Assembly: GCA_003136975.1 (NCBI GenBank)
Contig: PLEG01000388.1
Coordinates: 507-52,379, forward strand
DNA from: Gemmatimonadota bacterium
Lineage (GTDB): Bacteria > Gemmatimonadota > Gemmatimonadetes > Gemmatimonadales > Gemmatimonadaceae
Length of the DNA: 51,873 nt
Direction: 5' to 3'
Below, one piece after another: positions 27,296 to 35,633 of the stretch (position 1 is its first letter; each line of letters starts with the position of its first letter). The notes beneath the pieces were generated by a model. That model did no database searches. It was not told where the DNA came from and was given only the letters and a program-made list of their open reading frames with translations. Both the position numbers and the translations under genes were made by a program.

Positions 27296-28038
27296 TGTGT
27301 GTCAATACTCAGGTAGAGTCACGGTACAGGGAGTGGGTCGATCCATCAAAGGCTTGTTGAATCTTCCAGTCCAAATTTCGGCTGATGAGAGCTTCACAGA
27401 AACTGAGTTAACTCATTTATTTCGACCCTCCCACAAGCTGAGATGCTGGCGAAGGGAAGTTGGGGTACAGGGGCTGGGACAGGTTGAGAGCGAAATTGCA
27501 GGATGTACCTAGGTAGCCCCACGGGTAACCCCATGGTTCCACCGCCGATGGTATCAGTTAAAGGGGCTGGTTGGTCATATGTGCTTATTTAGCATGGACT
27601 TACAGCCTTTTCGATAGAATTGGAGTTCTCGCTAGTGATGGCCACACCCACTGTACTCTGACTATACCTTGATCAATTCATGCCAATTGAAGGCTTCGGG
27701 ACTGGATTGAACCGAGCTACCAGCCTGTACCCTGACCCTACCAAATTTGACGGAGATGATTCCCTATCCATCGTTCAAAGCTACTTTGCTATGCTCATTT
27801 TGCCCTTGAGATAGCAAAATCAACGAGACAATTACGTAGTTAGTAGCAATGTTATCCACGTAGAGGCGTATCCATGTTGGTATGTATGCTTTTTCCCGTA
27901 TCTAAAAACACTCCACATCAACACATCAGTAATCCACACTTCGAAGTACCTTTGAGACCGAATGAGTATCGTCCTACGAACAGCCTTTGGTGCGGGATTG
28001 TGCAATACGCGTACGATACACCAGTTTTGTAGAGTCGC
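27296..28038. other. candidate replication origin / divergent control region
   Basis: 743-bp non-coding stretch, visibly lower in G+C. DnaA-box-like 9-mers: TTATCCACG 27852-27860 and TAATCCACA 27930-27938. The octamer GGTACAGG occurs three times (27323-27330 +, 27464-27471 +, 27724-27731 -). AGGGGCTGG occurs twice (27469-27477, 27562-27570). Inverted repeat TTTGCTAT/ATAGCAAA (27785-27792 / 27811-27818). AT-rich tract around 27887-27911. Confidence 0.5.
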
Positions 28039-29847
28039 ATGACTCTCTCCCGTCGCTCACTCGCCCACTACGAATTCTCGCCGCCTCTATCACGTGCGGA
28101 CGAGTTGTTGCTGCATCACTACGATGTTGATCATCTACCCGGGCATTATCCGATCGTGCAGCTCGTGCTTCCGATCGCATTGCTTAATCCTCGGGCGGGG
28201 TCTCGGCGGGATGCGACAGGGAGACTTAACCGTGCTGTTTGTGAGCGATACCACGTATTCCCCCTCGCGGATGGCTCTCACGCACTCGCGTGTATCAAAG
28301 GGGATCCACAACTTGGGCTGCCGAGGGGCCAGGACCCTGAAGTTGCATTTGCTGTCACCGCGTTAGTTCTCGCGCGCCGGCGTAACGGCGGAACTGGTGC
28401 AGATTTGTCCATCCGCGACATTCTCGCTGTACTTGGCGCCGCCGATGACACAGGAGGCAAGCGATACACTCGAGTGCGTGCCGCTCTTGATCGATACGCG
28501 AAAACCACGATCGAACTGATCCAGGTTCCTTACGGTGTTGATCATGACGATCTGCTTGCAACAGTCCAGTCTGGAGAAGACGCCGTAACCGCTGTTGTTC
28601 GACTTGCACGAGCGGTTGGGCGTGACGTAGCTCCCAACTCGCCTCGAATCCCTATGCCTCGGGAGCGACCAAGAACAGTAACACGGCGAGACCATAGGCG
28701 ACCGACATCGCAGCCGGGCATCATGCGAGAAGTCACGGGCGTTTTCAAGCATGGCACGTACACCCCGATTGATGCTCATGACGGGACGGGAGTCTATCTC
28801 CGTAACGTCAACCTCGATGACTCATGGGTTGAGCAAGTCGATACGGGGCGCATCGGCTGGCTCGATTTGGCACTGTACCTGGATCTCCCAACTCCGCTAT
28901 CACAAGCGTTGTACAGAGTCGCAGTGGCCGAGGCGTTCACGGATCAGCAGGGGCGTGTTGAATGGTCCCTCGATTATATCCGATCAGCTGTCGGCGCCGA
29001 ACTGCACATGAAGCCGAAGCAGTTCTTGTCAGCCGTTCGTGTAGCGATGGAAGAACTCCGAACTCGCGCTGTCATTCAGGATTTTGGTGACGTCATCATA
29101 GGTCGAGGCAAGTACAGGGTTTGGTACAAACCTGGCTCTCCGCTTGAGGTGTCACGGCTACTCAGTGGCGTTACACCACTCGATCCGCAGGATCACCGCG
29201 CGAAGATGTTATTGCTGAATCACTTTGGCATTTATGGTGATGAAGCTCGCGCGCTCATTGTGCAGAGTCCGACACATGTTCATCGCGCTCTTCTGTTCGT
29301 CATTTACGAGGAGCAGACGCGAGGAACGCGTGAAGAGATGGTCAAGCCAATAGGCCACGCTGGGAAGTGGATTACCAAGGCTGTTACCGAAGCATGGGAT
29401 TTCAGTTCGTACCGGGGTTTCATGAATTGGGTTGGACGACGTGAAGCAGCGCTCGATGCAAAGGCCACCGGTGCAGTCGCACCTCCACCGCAAACCCTAT
29501 TCTTGCCGCGTGCCACTGAGATCTCAGTCGTGCCAGTTACTGCTCCCAAGATTGGAGATGGACCGGAAGCGTCGCGGGCAAGGCGGATCTTCACAGAAGT
29601 TCTTGAGCGCGCTACGCTGCTGTCGCAACCTGTGAAACTCACCGTCAGCTCAATGTTCGCTGCCTGGGGGATAGAAGGTGACAGCATCGTGGTTGTTGGA
29701 GAGCCGGGGGAATCAGACTTCTATCGTGGCCGGCTCGCAGAGGCGACCACCGCCACGGAACTGGGCGCGTTGACAGCCGAGCTCACCGACGGCCAATGCA
29801 CACGCATCTCGGCCGTTCGGTTCGATCCCGCGATACACGGCTTGTAA
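28039..29847 (+). CDS. plasmid replication initiator, RPA (replication initiator protein A)-like
   Basis: 602 aa. GLPRGQDPEVAFAVTALV .. DLSIRDILAVLG .. GGKRYTRVRAALDRYAKTTIEL fits the recalled PF10134 pattern. It sits next to the origin-like region. Confidence 0.55.
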   Translation: MTLSRRSLAHYEFSPPLSRADELLLHHYDVDHLPGHYPIVQLVLPIALLNPRAGSRRDATGRLNRAVCERYHVFPLADGSHALACIKGDPQLGLPRGQDPEVAFAVTALVLARRRNGGTGADLSIRDILAVLGAADDTGGKRYTRVRAALDRYAKTTIELIQVPYGVDHDDLLATVQSGEDAVTAVVRLARAVGRDVAPNSPRIPMPRERPRTVTRRDHRRPTSQPGIMREVTGVFKHGTYTPIDAHDGTGVYLRNVNLDDSWVEQVDTGRIGWLDLALYLDLPTPLSQALYRVAVAEAFTDQQGRVEWSLDYIRSAVGAELHMKPKQFLSAVRVAMEELRTRAVIQDFGDVIIGRGKYRVWYKPGSPLEVSRLLSGVTPLDPQDHRAKMLLLNHFGIYGDEARALIVQSPTHVHRALLFVIYEEQTRGTREEMVKPIGHAGKWITKAVTEAWDFSSYRGFMNWVGRREAALDAKATGAVAPPPQTLFLPRATEISVVPVTAPKIGDGPEASRARRIFTEVLERATLLSQPVKLTVSSMFAAWGIEGDSIVVVGEPGESDFYRGRLAEATTATELGALTAELTDGQCTRISAVRFDPAIHGL

Positions 29848-30049
29848 GCGGCGCCAAAGCCGATACTTGTAGGTTACAGGCCGCAACGTATTGGATAGAG
29901 AAGTACCACAAATCGTAGGATCGACAACTCGTTTTCACTCGCGGCAATCCCAGCAGGTGTAAGCCAGCCTGGGGCAGGGCCGTCTCTTGTATAGGTACCT
30001 GATTTCCACTGCACGCTATCGGTGTGCACCAGTCTGAGAGTTGTTTCCA

Positions 30050-31843
30050 ATGGCGAGATCACCATCGCGTCGAACGTCAAAGTTTTCCTTATCTCCTGAG
30101 GAACGCGAGCAGCGTCTCAACGAGGCGTCAAATCGTATGGAGGAAGCAGTTAAGTCTTTGACGACGAGTGATCAATTCCGCGCGGCGCTACGTGTGTCGG
30201 CTTCGTTCCCAGAGTATTCGTTCGGCAACACGTTGATGATCTGGACTCAGAACCCGGAAGCAAGCATGGTGTGCGGGTTCGAAGCTTGGAAGAAACTTGG
30301 ACGGCACGTGAAGAAGGGTGGAAAAGCAATCCGCATCTTTGTTCCGATGACATTCCGAAATAAGCTTGTAGCCGAGAGCTCTGCTTCGGGATCGGACGAA
30401 ACGCCAGGTGAGGTGAGTAGTGAGTCGAGGAGAGTAGCATTCCGTCTCGGCAACGTGTTTGATATTTCGTCGACGGAAGGGGAACCCATCCTTGAACTCC
30501 CGCGGCCCAAGATTCTCGAGGGAGACAGTCCTCTCATCCGGGCGGCGATAGCGGGCCTCTGCGATTTCAACGCCACTCGCGGAGTACCGGTGTCGTTCAC
30601 CGACATCGCCGGCATGTCAAAGGATGTCAATGGGTTCTGGCACCCGATAAAGCGTCGGATTGAAGTGCGTGAATCCTTGTCTCCCCTGCAGCGCCTAAAA
30701 ACGCTCGCACATGAAACGGCTCACGCCCGACTCCATCTCGTGCCGCTGCACTCTGACCAAGAGCGAAGAACAGCGGAGCTCGAAGCTGAAGCATCCTCGT
30801 ACCTTGTGCTCGACTCCCTTGGTATTGATGGTGCTGAGGAATACTCGTTTCCATACCTAGCTGGTTACTCAACAACTCCAGAAAGCATATTGGGAGTTGG
30901 AGAACGGGCCCGTAAAGCAGCCGCGGTCATCATCGACTCGGCTTATTGCGCGATCAATCAGCAGCTCGGGACAGAATTCGTACGCGGAGTACCGCTCGAC
31001 GCGTTGGAGGCACGAGCAGATGCGGCGCGTGAGTCGAAAGCTGCGAGGGTGGCAGGGAAGAACTCACGCGACCATTATCGGCGTGTGTCTGATGCTGGAG
31101 AGACCGCGTCAGTGCAAGCCAAGGCAACCGGCCTCTTTATCGCGATAGAGGGAGTTGATGGGATAGGCAAATCAACCGTCCTACCAATCCTTGCAGAGAA
31201 GATTGAGAAAGTGCTGGGTCGAAAAGTTGTCTGCGTCCGGGAACCTGGTGGTACGCCGATCGGAGATGAAATCCGTACGGCACTCAAAGCCGGCGTAGGC
31301 TCGAGCGACCCCCATCACCAGCTTGCGATGTTCTGTACCGCACGTAAGGCGCTCATCGAGCAGGTCGTAAGGCCCGAGATTCAGGCCGGTAGCGTCGTGA
31401 TCGCTGATCGGCATAGTCTGAGTACGTACATCTACCAGGGCGGTTCTGGGGTGTCAGAGCGGCAGATTGCCGATGCTAATGCGGCTGCTGTGGGTGGAAC
31501 ACGTCCGGACGCTACCGTGGTCCTGTGGGCGACGCGCGAGGATCTCATCGCCCGCCGGCTCGCGAGGAACGCCGCGGCCGATGCCTTTGACGAGGTTACT
31601 GAGGATGGAACGATCAGAGCGCTCGAGCGGCAGGCTCGGTATGTAGCTCTAGCGAATCGAACACCTGGCGCCATGACAGTCGCAGTTCAGGCTACCCCGG
31701 AGGCGACGGCATCCGCAGTGGTAGAGCGATTGGCTCACGTCCTCGCTATAGCCCGTGGTGAGGCAGCTCCACAAGTTGAGACCAAGCCTCAATCGGTTCA
31801 GGAGGAAGACTCGGAGGAGGTCATCGCAGCCGCTGTTGCATAA
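30050..31843 (+). CDS. ArdC-like antirestriction protein (ssDNA-binding N-domain + HExxH metalloprotease) fused to thymidylate kinase
   Basis: N-domain EYSFGNTLMIWTQNP..GFEAWKKLGRHVKKGGKAIRIFVP. HETAH at nt 30710-30724. C-terminal Tmk: FIAIEGVDGIGKST (P-loop from nt 31151), REPGGTPIGDEIR, ADRHSLSTYIYQG, PDATVVL. The ORF opens at TTG 30041. Confidence 0.7.
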   Translation: MARSPSRRTSKFSLSPEEREQRLNEASNRMEEAVKSLTTSDQFRAALRVSASFPEYSFGNTLMIWTQNPEASMVCGFEAWKKLGRHVKKGGKAIRIFVPMTFRNKLVAESSASGSDETPGEVSSESRRVAFRLGNVFDISSTEGEPILELPRPKILEGDSPLIRAAIAGLCDFNATRGVPVSFTDIAGMSKDVNGFWHPIKRRIEVRESLSPLQRLKTLAHETAHARLHLVPLHSDQERRTAELEAEASSYLVLDSLGIDGAEEYSFPYLAGYSTTPESILGVGERARKAAAVIIDSAYCAINQQLGTEFVRGVPLDALEARADAARESKAARVAGKNSRDHYRRVSDAGETASVQAKATGLFIAIEGVDGIGKSTVLPILAEKIEKVLGRKVVCVREPGGTPIGDEIRTALKAGVGSSDPHHQLAMFCTARKALIEQVVRPEIQAGSVVIADRHSLSTYIYQGGSGVSERQIADANAAAVGGTRPDATVVLWATREDLIARRLARNAAADAFDEVTEDGTIRALERQARYVALANRTPGAMTVAVQATPEATASAVVERLAHVLAIARGEAAPQVETKPQSVQEEDSEEVIAAAVA

Positions 31844-31881
31844 CTCATCCGGATATGTCTCCGTCGCCACTGTGGGTCGTC

Positions 31882-31893
31882 GCGCAGGTGCAT
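31882..31893 (+). repeat. 12-mer start-proximal motif copy (GCGCAGGTGCAT)
   Basis: 45 nt upstream of ATG 31939. Confidence 0.7.
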
Positions 31894-31938
31894 ACGGCAG
31901 CAACGACCCATTTCGGGTCGATCTGTCGGAGAATCATC

Positions 31939-33213
31939 ATGTCCCGCTTAACTAGTCCTGCCCCCTCGATCTTTCAGTCGTCCAACTTCGCTTCCGCCGC
32001 CGGCGACGTACATCCCATGTACGGGCTCATTCGACGTCACGGGCGACTCCCGGCAAAGGATTTTGTTGCCTTGGTGGGCACCTTCCGTACTGGCGTGAGC
32101 GATGACGTGATATCGGAGCAATTGCTCGCGACTTACGTTCCGCTCCTCTCGGCGATGGTCCAGAGGAAAAGTCCGAAGGGTGACGCTGGTCTTCAGTTCC
32201 GGGAAGGAGCCGTTCCAGCCGCGATTGCGGCCTTCTTCGAGGCGATCGGGGATTCGAGTATCCCGCTCGCGCCCCGTGCGCTTCTCAAGGAAATCAATTC
32301 ACGTGTAACGAGGGCACTCGAGCAGGAATTACTCTCGGCTGAGCACGCCCTCGTTGTCTCCGCTCAATCCGCCTGGCGAGCTGGGAACGTCATTCGAACC
32401 GCTGGCGCTGTGTCCAACGCCGACGTTGACTGGCTCACACGGGATGAGGTCTACGCGATACTCGGCGATTCAATCCGCGTTGAGAGTATTCATCTGGTCC
32501 AGAATTCCAAGTTCGCCCTCGCTCTTGGATCAAGCTCTGGGAGCAGACGAGCAGAATTGGGCGAAGAGATGGTTACTGCTGAATCGATTCCAAACTTACG
32601 GGAGGAGACAACAGGTGCCGCGGCAGTAGCTGCCGAACGACTCGCGCGTGCCTTGGCGACCTTGCCGGCGGCGGATGCCCGCATGCTTGTGGACGCCCAT
32701 GGTCTCTTCGGTCGGAAACCAATTCTCGCAGCCGACGTTGCCGCGGAGCTCGATGTTCACCCGTCGACTTACAGGCGTATACTAAACCGTGCTGAGGCAC
32801 TCCTCCGGAGTGAGCTGATAGCTCAAGATTCGCCTGACCTGGGAGGGGTTGATGGTACCGGTGGTGCTCCGGTTCGAGGCGCTTGGTGCTCGGCGAACAG
32901 CTCACTTATGCGCAAAGGCTACCGAACTGAGCTTGAGCCAGGGATGGTCCGCTACGCCCGACACGTTGCTGGTGCAGTGCGGTGTTTCGCTGAGCACGAG
33001 GGGTGGAATCCGAAAGAGACTGAAGCAGCGGTTCGGAGGCTCGTTTCCTTCCGTACAGGCCGGACTGACGCATCCGATCACCCGTTGACCCTACAGATTG
33101 TGGACAGCCTGACGACATTTGCGCAGTCCTCGGCCGGTGGCACTGGTCGTTCGGCAGCCGAACCACCATCAGTGGCCACAGTAGAATCATCATTCGCAGA
33201 GTCCGCTGCGTAA
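31939..33213 (+). CDS. divergent sigma-70-family-like protein
   Basis: GGAGAA RBS precedes ATG 31939. Region-2-like LLATYVPLLSAMVQRK..FREGAVPAAIAAF and region-4-like HTH ILAADVAAELDVHPSTYRRILNRAEALLRSEL, with an extra ~140-aa C-terminal tail. Confidence 0.45.
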   Translation: MSRLTSPAPSIFQSSNFASAAGDVHPMYGLIRRHGRLPAKDFVALVGTFRTGVSDDVISEQLLATYVPLLSAMVQRKSPKGDAGLQFREGAVPAAIAAFFEAIGDSSIPLAPRALLKEINSRVTRALEQELLSAEHALVVSAQSAWRAGNVIRTAGAVSNADVDWLTRDEVYAILGDSIRVESIHLVQNSKFALALGSSSGSRRAELGEEMVTAESIPNLREETTGAAAVAAERLARALATLPAADARMLVDAHGLFGRKPILAADVAAELDVHPSTYRRILNRAEALLRSELIAQDSPDLGGVDGTGGAPVRGAWCSANSSLMRKGYRTELEPGMVRYARHVAGAVRCFAEHEGWNPKETEAAVRRLVSFRTGRTDASDHPLTLQIVDSLTTFAQSSAGGTGRSAAEPPSVATVESSFAESAA

Positions 33214-33356
33214 ATGTGATACTGTGGCTACATTTGTCGCAAAATCGCACATTTGGCGCGATTCTGCACAAGTTGGCTGGATTATGTACTACCATTTTCT
33301 GAAAATTCGATTATGAACTGGCGTTTGAGGGTAAGGCAACTGCTGGATGCGCATCG

Positions 33357-33920
33357 TTGACCGCTCCGATGCCAGGAGAGGCAGAGCATCCTCGCCCGCG
33401 ACGCGTGGGTCGGCACGAGCCGTTTACTTCGGCTCTCGAGAAAATTGGGACGAAAAGGAACCCGCTCTGGCAGGTGACGGCCGCCGGGCTGCTCCTGTGC
33501 AGATTCATGGACTCCTGGGCTCTGATGGGGCCGACCTTCATGCGCTGGCCGAGCGAGACTGCGAAGGAAAGACGTCAGGTCGTAGAGGAGGTCGGCGAAC
33601 AGTGGTCGGATCTCCGGGAATCTCTCCTGCTTGCGTTCGATACGCTCGCTCTCAAGGGTGTATCCCCCGAGGCCGAAATCTCCACTGCTACGACACGCGC
33701 GATCTGGTTGAAAGCTGTGTATGCCCTTGCAGACGCAGCGGATTCCTACCAGAAGCACGGGCTACCTGATCGTGCGAGTGACATGTATCAGCTTGTCCTC
33801 GATCGTCTTCCGCCTTCCGAAGGAAAGCGCGCTATCAGAAGATCCCTGGCAGTGGAGGAACTTGCAGAGCGCTGCAGGTCAGCCATTAGCCAACTCGAAG
33901 AGCAAAACGGCGATGTCTAG
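33357..33920 (+). CDS. hypothetical protein
   Basis: 187-aa ORF (TTG start; ATG 33369 possible), preceded by the AT-rich region 33214-33356 with short inverted repeats. Confidence 0.4.
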   Translation: MTAPMPGEAEHPRPRRVGRHEPFTSALEKIGTKRNPLWQVTAAGLLLCRFMDSWALMGPTFMRWPSETAKERRQVVEEVGEQWSDLRESLLLAFDTLALKGVSPEAEISTATTRAIWLKAVYALADAADSYQKHGLPDRASDMYQLVLDRLPPSEGKRAIRRSLAVEELAERCRSAISQLEEQNGDV

Positions 33921-33983
33921 AAAACGCAGCGCTTGTCATGAATTCGCTCTAGGCCGGATCGTGTATTAGCCGTACCTTGGCTG

Positions 33984-34292
33984 ATGGCAAGCAATCACCG
34001 CGGGACCAGTTTGCATTGGAAGCTTGTACAGGGTGCAAACGATCAGCTTGAGCTCGTTCTGATTCCAGATCCGCACATATTGGAAGATCCAGACTCAGTG
34101 AAAGCCATCGAAGTGATACGTGCAATGACACATGAGCGTGCACATGGTTGGCGCGAAATACCTAATGGGCCAACACCGACGCTCCCCTGGCATCCGGATC
34201 TCACGCCAATCGAGCATTCGTGGATGTGGATGAAACTCCTCAAGGCTTACGCGATCCAGCCGAATCTGACGGCGCCCAAAGCGATATCGTAG
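33984..34292 (+). CDS. hypothetical protein
   Basis: 102-aa ORF. No motif recognised. Confidence 0.4.
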   Translation: MASNHRGTSLHWKLVQGANDQLELVLIPDPHILEDPDSVKAIEVIRAMTHERAHGWREIPNGPTPTLPWHPDLTPIEHSWMWMKLLKAYAIQPNLTAPKAIS

Positions 34293-34294
34293 CA

Positions 34295-34639
34295 GTGCAG
34301 CCCTCAAGTGCCGCGGAGCCAACATACGATGCACATCGTCTTTCCGAGCTATTCCGAGCTGCAGGATTGTCCACTGGAGTTTGGCGCGTAGGAGGAACTA
34401 CCGTGCAGAACTCCGCCGAAGCCGTTCGTGTAGCTGCTGGCGCAGCCGGCGTACTCCAACGAATTGCAGTAGTGCTCCGCGAGTACACAGGCGCGTACAG
34501 ATTGCTGTTTGCGCCGACGCGAGAGGAAGCTGTTGCGATTGCCGAGCGCGAGATGAAGAAAGAGATGGGGCTGGTCGGCGTATTCGATCTTGAAGCCCGT
34601 AGGATGTTCTCAGCTCAGGTACGAATCGCCCTTCGTTAG
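34295..34639 (+). CDS. hypothetical protein
   Basis: The ORF opens at 34220. GTG 34295 is 2 nt after the previous stop. Confidence 0.35.
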   Translation: MQPSSAAEPTYDAHRLSELFRAAGLSTGVWRVGGTTVQNSAEAVRVAAGAAGVLQRIAVVLREYTGAYRLLFAPTREEAVAIAEREMKKEMGLVGVFDLEARRMFSAQVRIALR

Positions 34640-34748
34640 AGCAAGATTGCTCACTCCGCTCATCAACCTCAATTCTCAATTCGCGACGGCGATACTTATG
34701 TGACCGAGCAGCTCATGTAAGCGTCGAGTGGAATAGAGCGGAGGGTGG

Positions 34749-35528
34749 ATGGTAAAGCATAAATGGCGGAGCTGCAAAGCGGCACTTTCGAATCCTCGGA
34801 CGAGCAAATTGCGACTCGCAGGCTTGCGCGTGCTGGAACTAGCGCGGGATATGGAGGGTGGCGTGTTCCCGGAGAGTTTGAAGGACGCGGAGGGACGGTA
34901 CGTCGAACTCGATTGCGTAAACTGCGATGCGAAGTTGCAGAATGCGAAGCTATACTGCGGTGACTACTGTCAGCAATTCTCCGGTACGGTTCGTTATGCC
35001 CGGAAAGCCATTGATGAAGGGCGAATCGTCAAGGCCGAAGTCCAAGAGGGCATCGGGCAGCGCCTTTTGATGCTGAGTGGGGGAGGGTACCCGACCGATA
35101 GGCGCGCTCTTACAAAGCAGGAACGCGAGGCGATTCTAATACGCGACCATCGCAAATGCCAGGAGTGTGGTCGTAAGGCAACGGAAGTAGATCACATCCG
35201 AGGAGATTCAAGCGATACTCGCAACCTTCGCGCTTTGTGCAAGAATTGTAATCAAGGCGCTGCTGTTGAGAATGCCAGGATCATCACGCGAGAGGAAGAT
35301 CCAATTGAGTGGGAGCGTATTTTCGAGATGTACGAAGCCATGGCCCAGCGGATCGCCGCACCGCTACCTCTTCGGTTCTGCGACGACCATCTCAATTGGC
35401 GGAAAGCGCAGTATTCCATCCGCGCAGCAAGAAAGGCAATGTTGCGCGAGATCGAGGAGGAGGAGGAGGAAACCGACTTCGTAGACGTTGACGATTACCT
35501 ATACAACGCGATGCAGAAAAACGATTAG
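34749..35528 (+). CDS. HNH endonuclease
   Basis: 259 aa. GGAGGG RBS. Core IRDHRKCQECGRKATEVDHIRGDSSDTRNLRALCKNCNQ, with N-terminal CVNC..CGDYC cysteines. Confidence 0.75.
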   Translation: MVKHKWRSCKAALSNPRTSKLRLAGLRVLELARDMEGGVFPESLKDAEGRYVELDCVNCDAKLQNAKLYCGDYCQQFSGTVRYARKAIDEGRIVKAEVQEGIGQRLLMLSGGGYPTDRRALTKQEREAILIRDHRKCQECGRKATEVDHIRGDSSDTRNLRALCKNCNQGAAVENARIITREEDPIEWERIFEMYEAMAQRIAAPLPLRFCDDHLNWRKAQYSIRAARKAMLREIEEEEEETDFVDVDDYLYNAMQKND

Positions 35529-35613
35529 CCTGAAGGGTCGAGCCAGTTCAGTGCCGATGCTGCTTGGAAGGCCGCGCCGATCAGGGATGTGTTTGCTTGA
35601 GATCCCTCAAGCC

Positions 35614-35625
35614 GCGCTGGTGCAT
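35614..35625 (+). repeat. 12-mer start-proximal motif copy (GCGCTGGTGCAT)
   Basis: 8 nt upstream of ATG 35634, preceded by hairpin AGGGAT/ATCCCT (35583-35588 / 35602-35607). Confidence 0.7.
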
Positions 35626-35633
35626 GAGAGATT

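Noticed and set aside
26628-27512. 294-aa + strand ORF overlapping the - strand gene 26324-27265
   Set aside because: The product is extremely Ser/Arg/Ala-rich, which is typical of an antisense shadow ORF in GC-rich DNA. The - strand product has a normal composition.
34787-34795. TTCGAATCC T-loop-like 9-mer
   Set aside because: It lies inside the HNH CDS with no flanking stems. Chance match.
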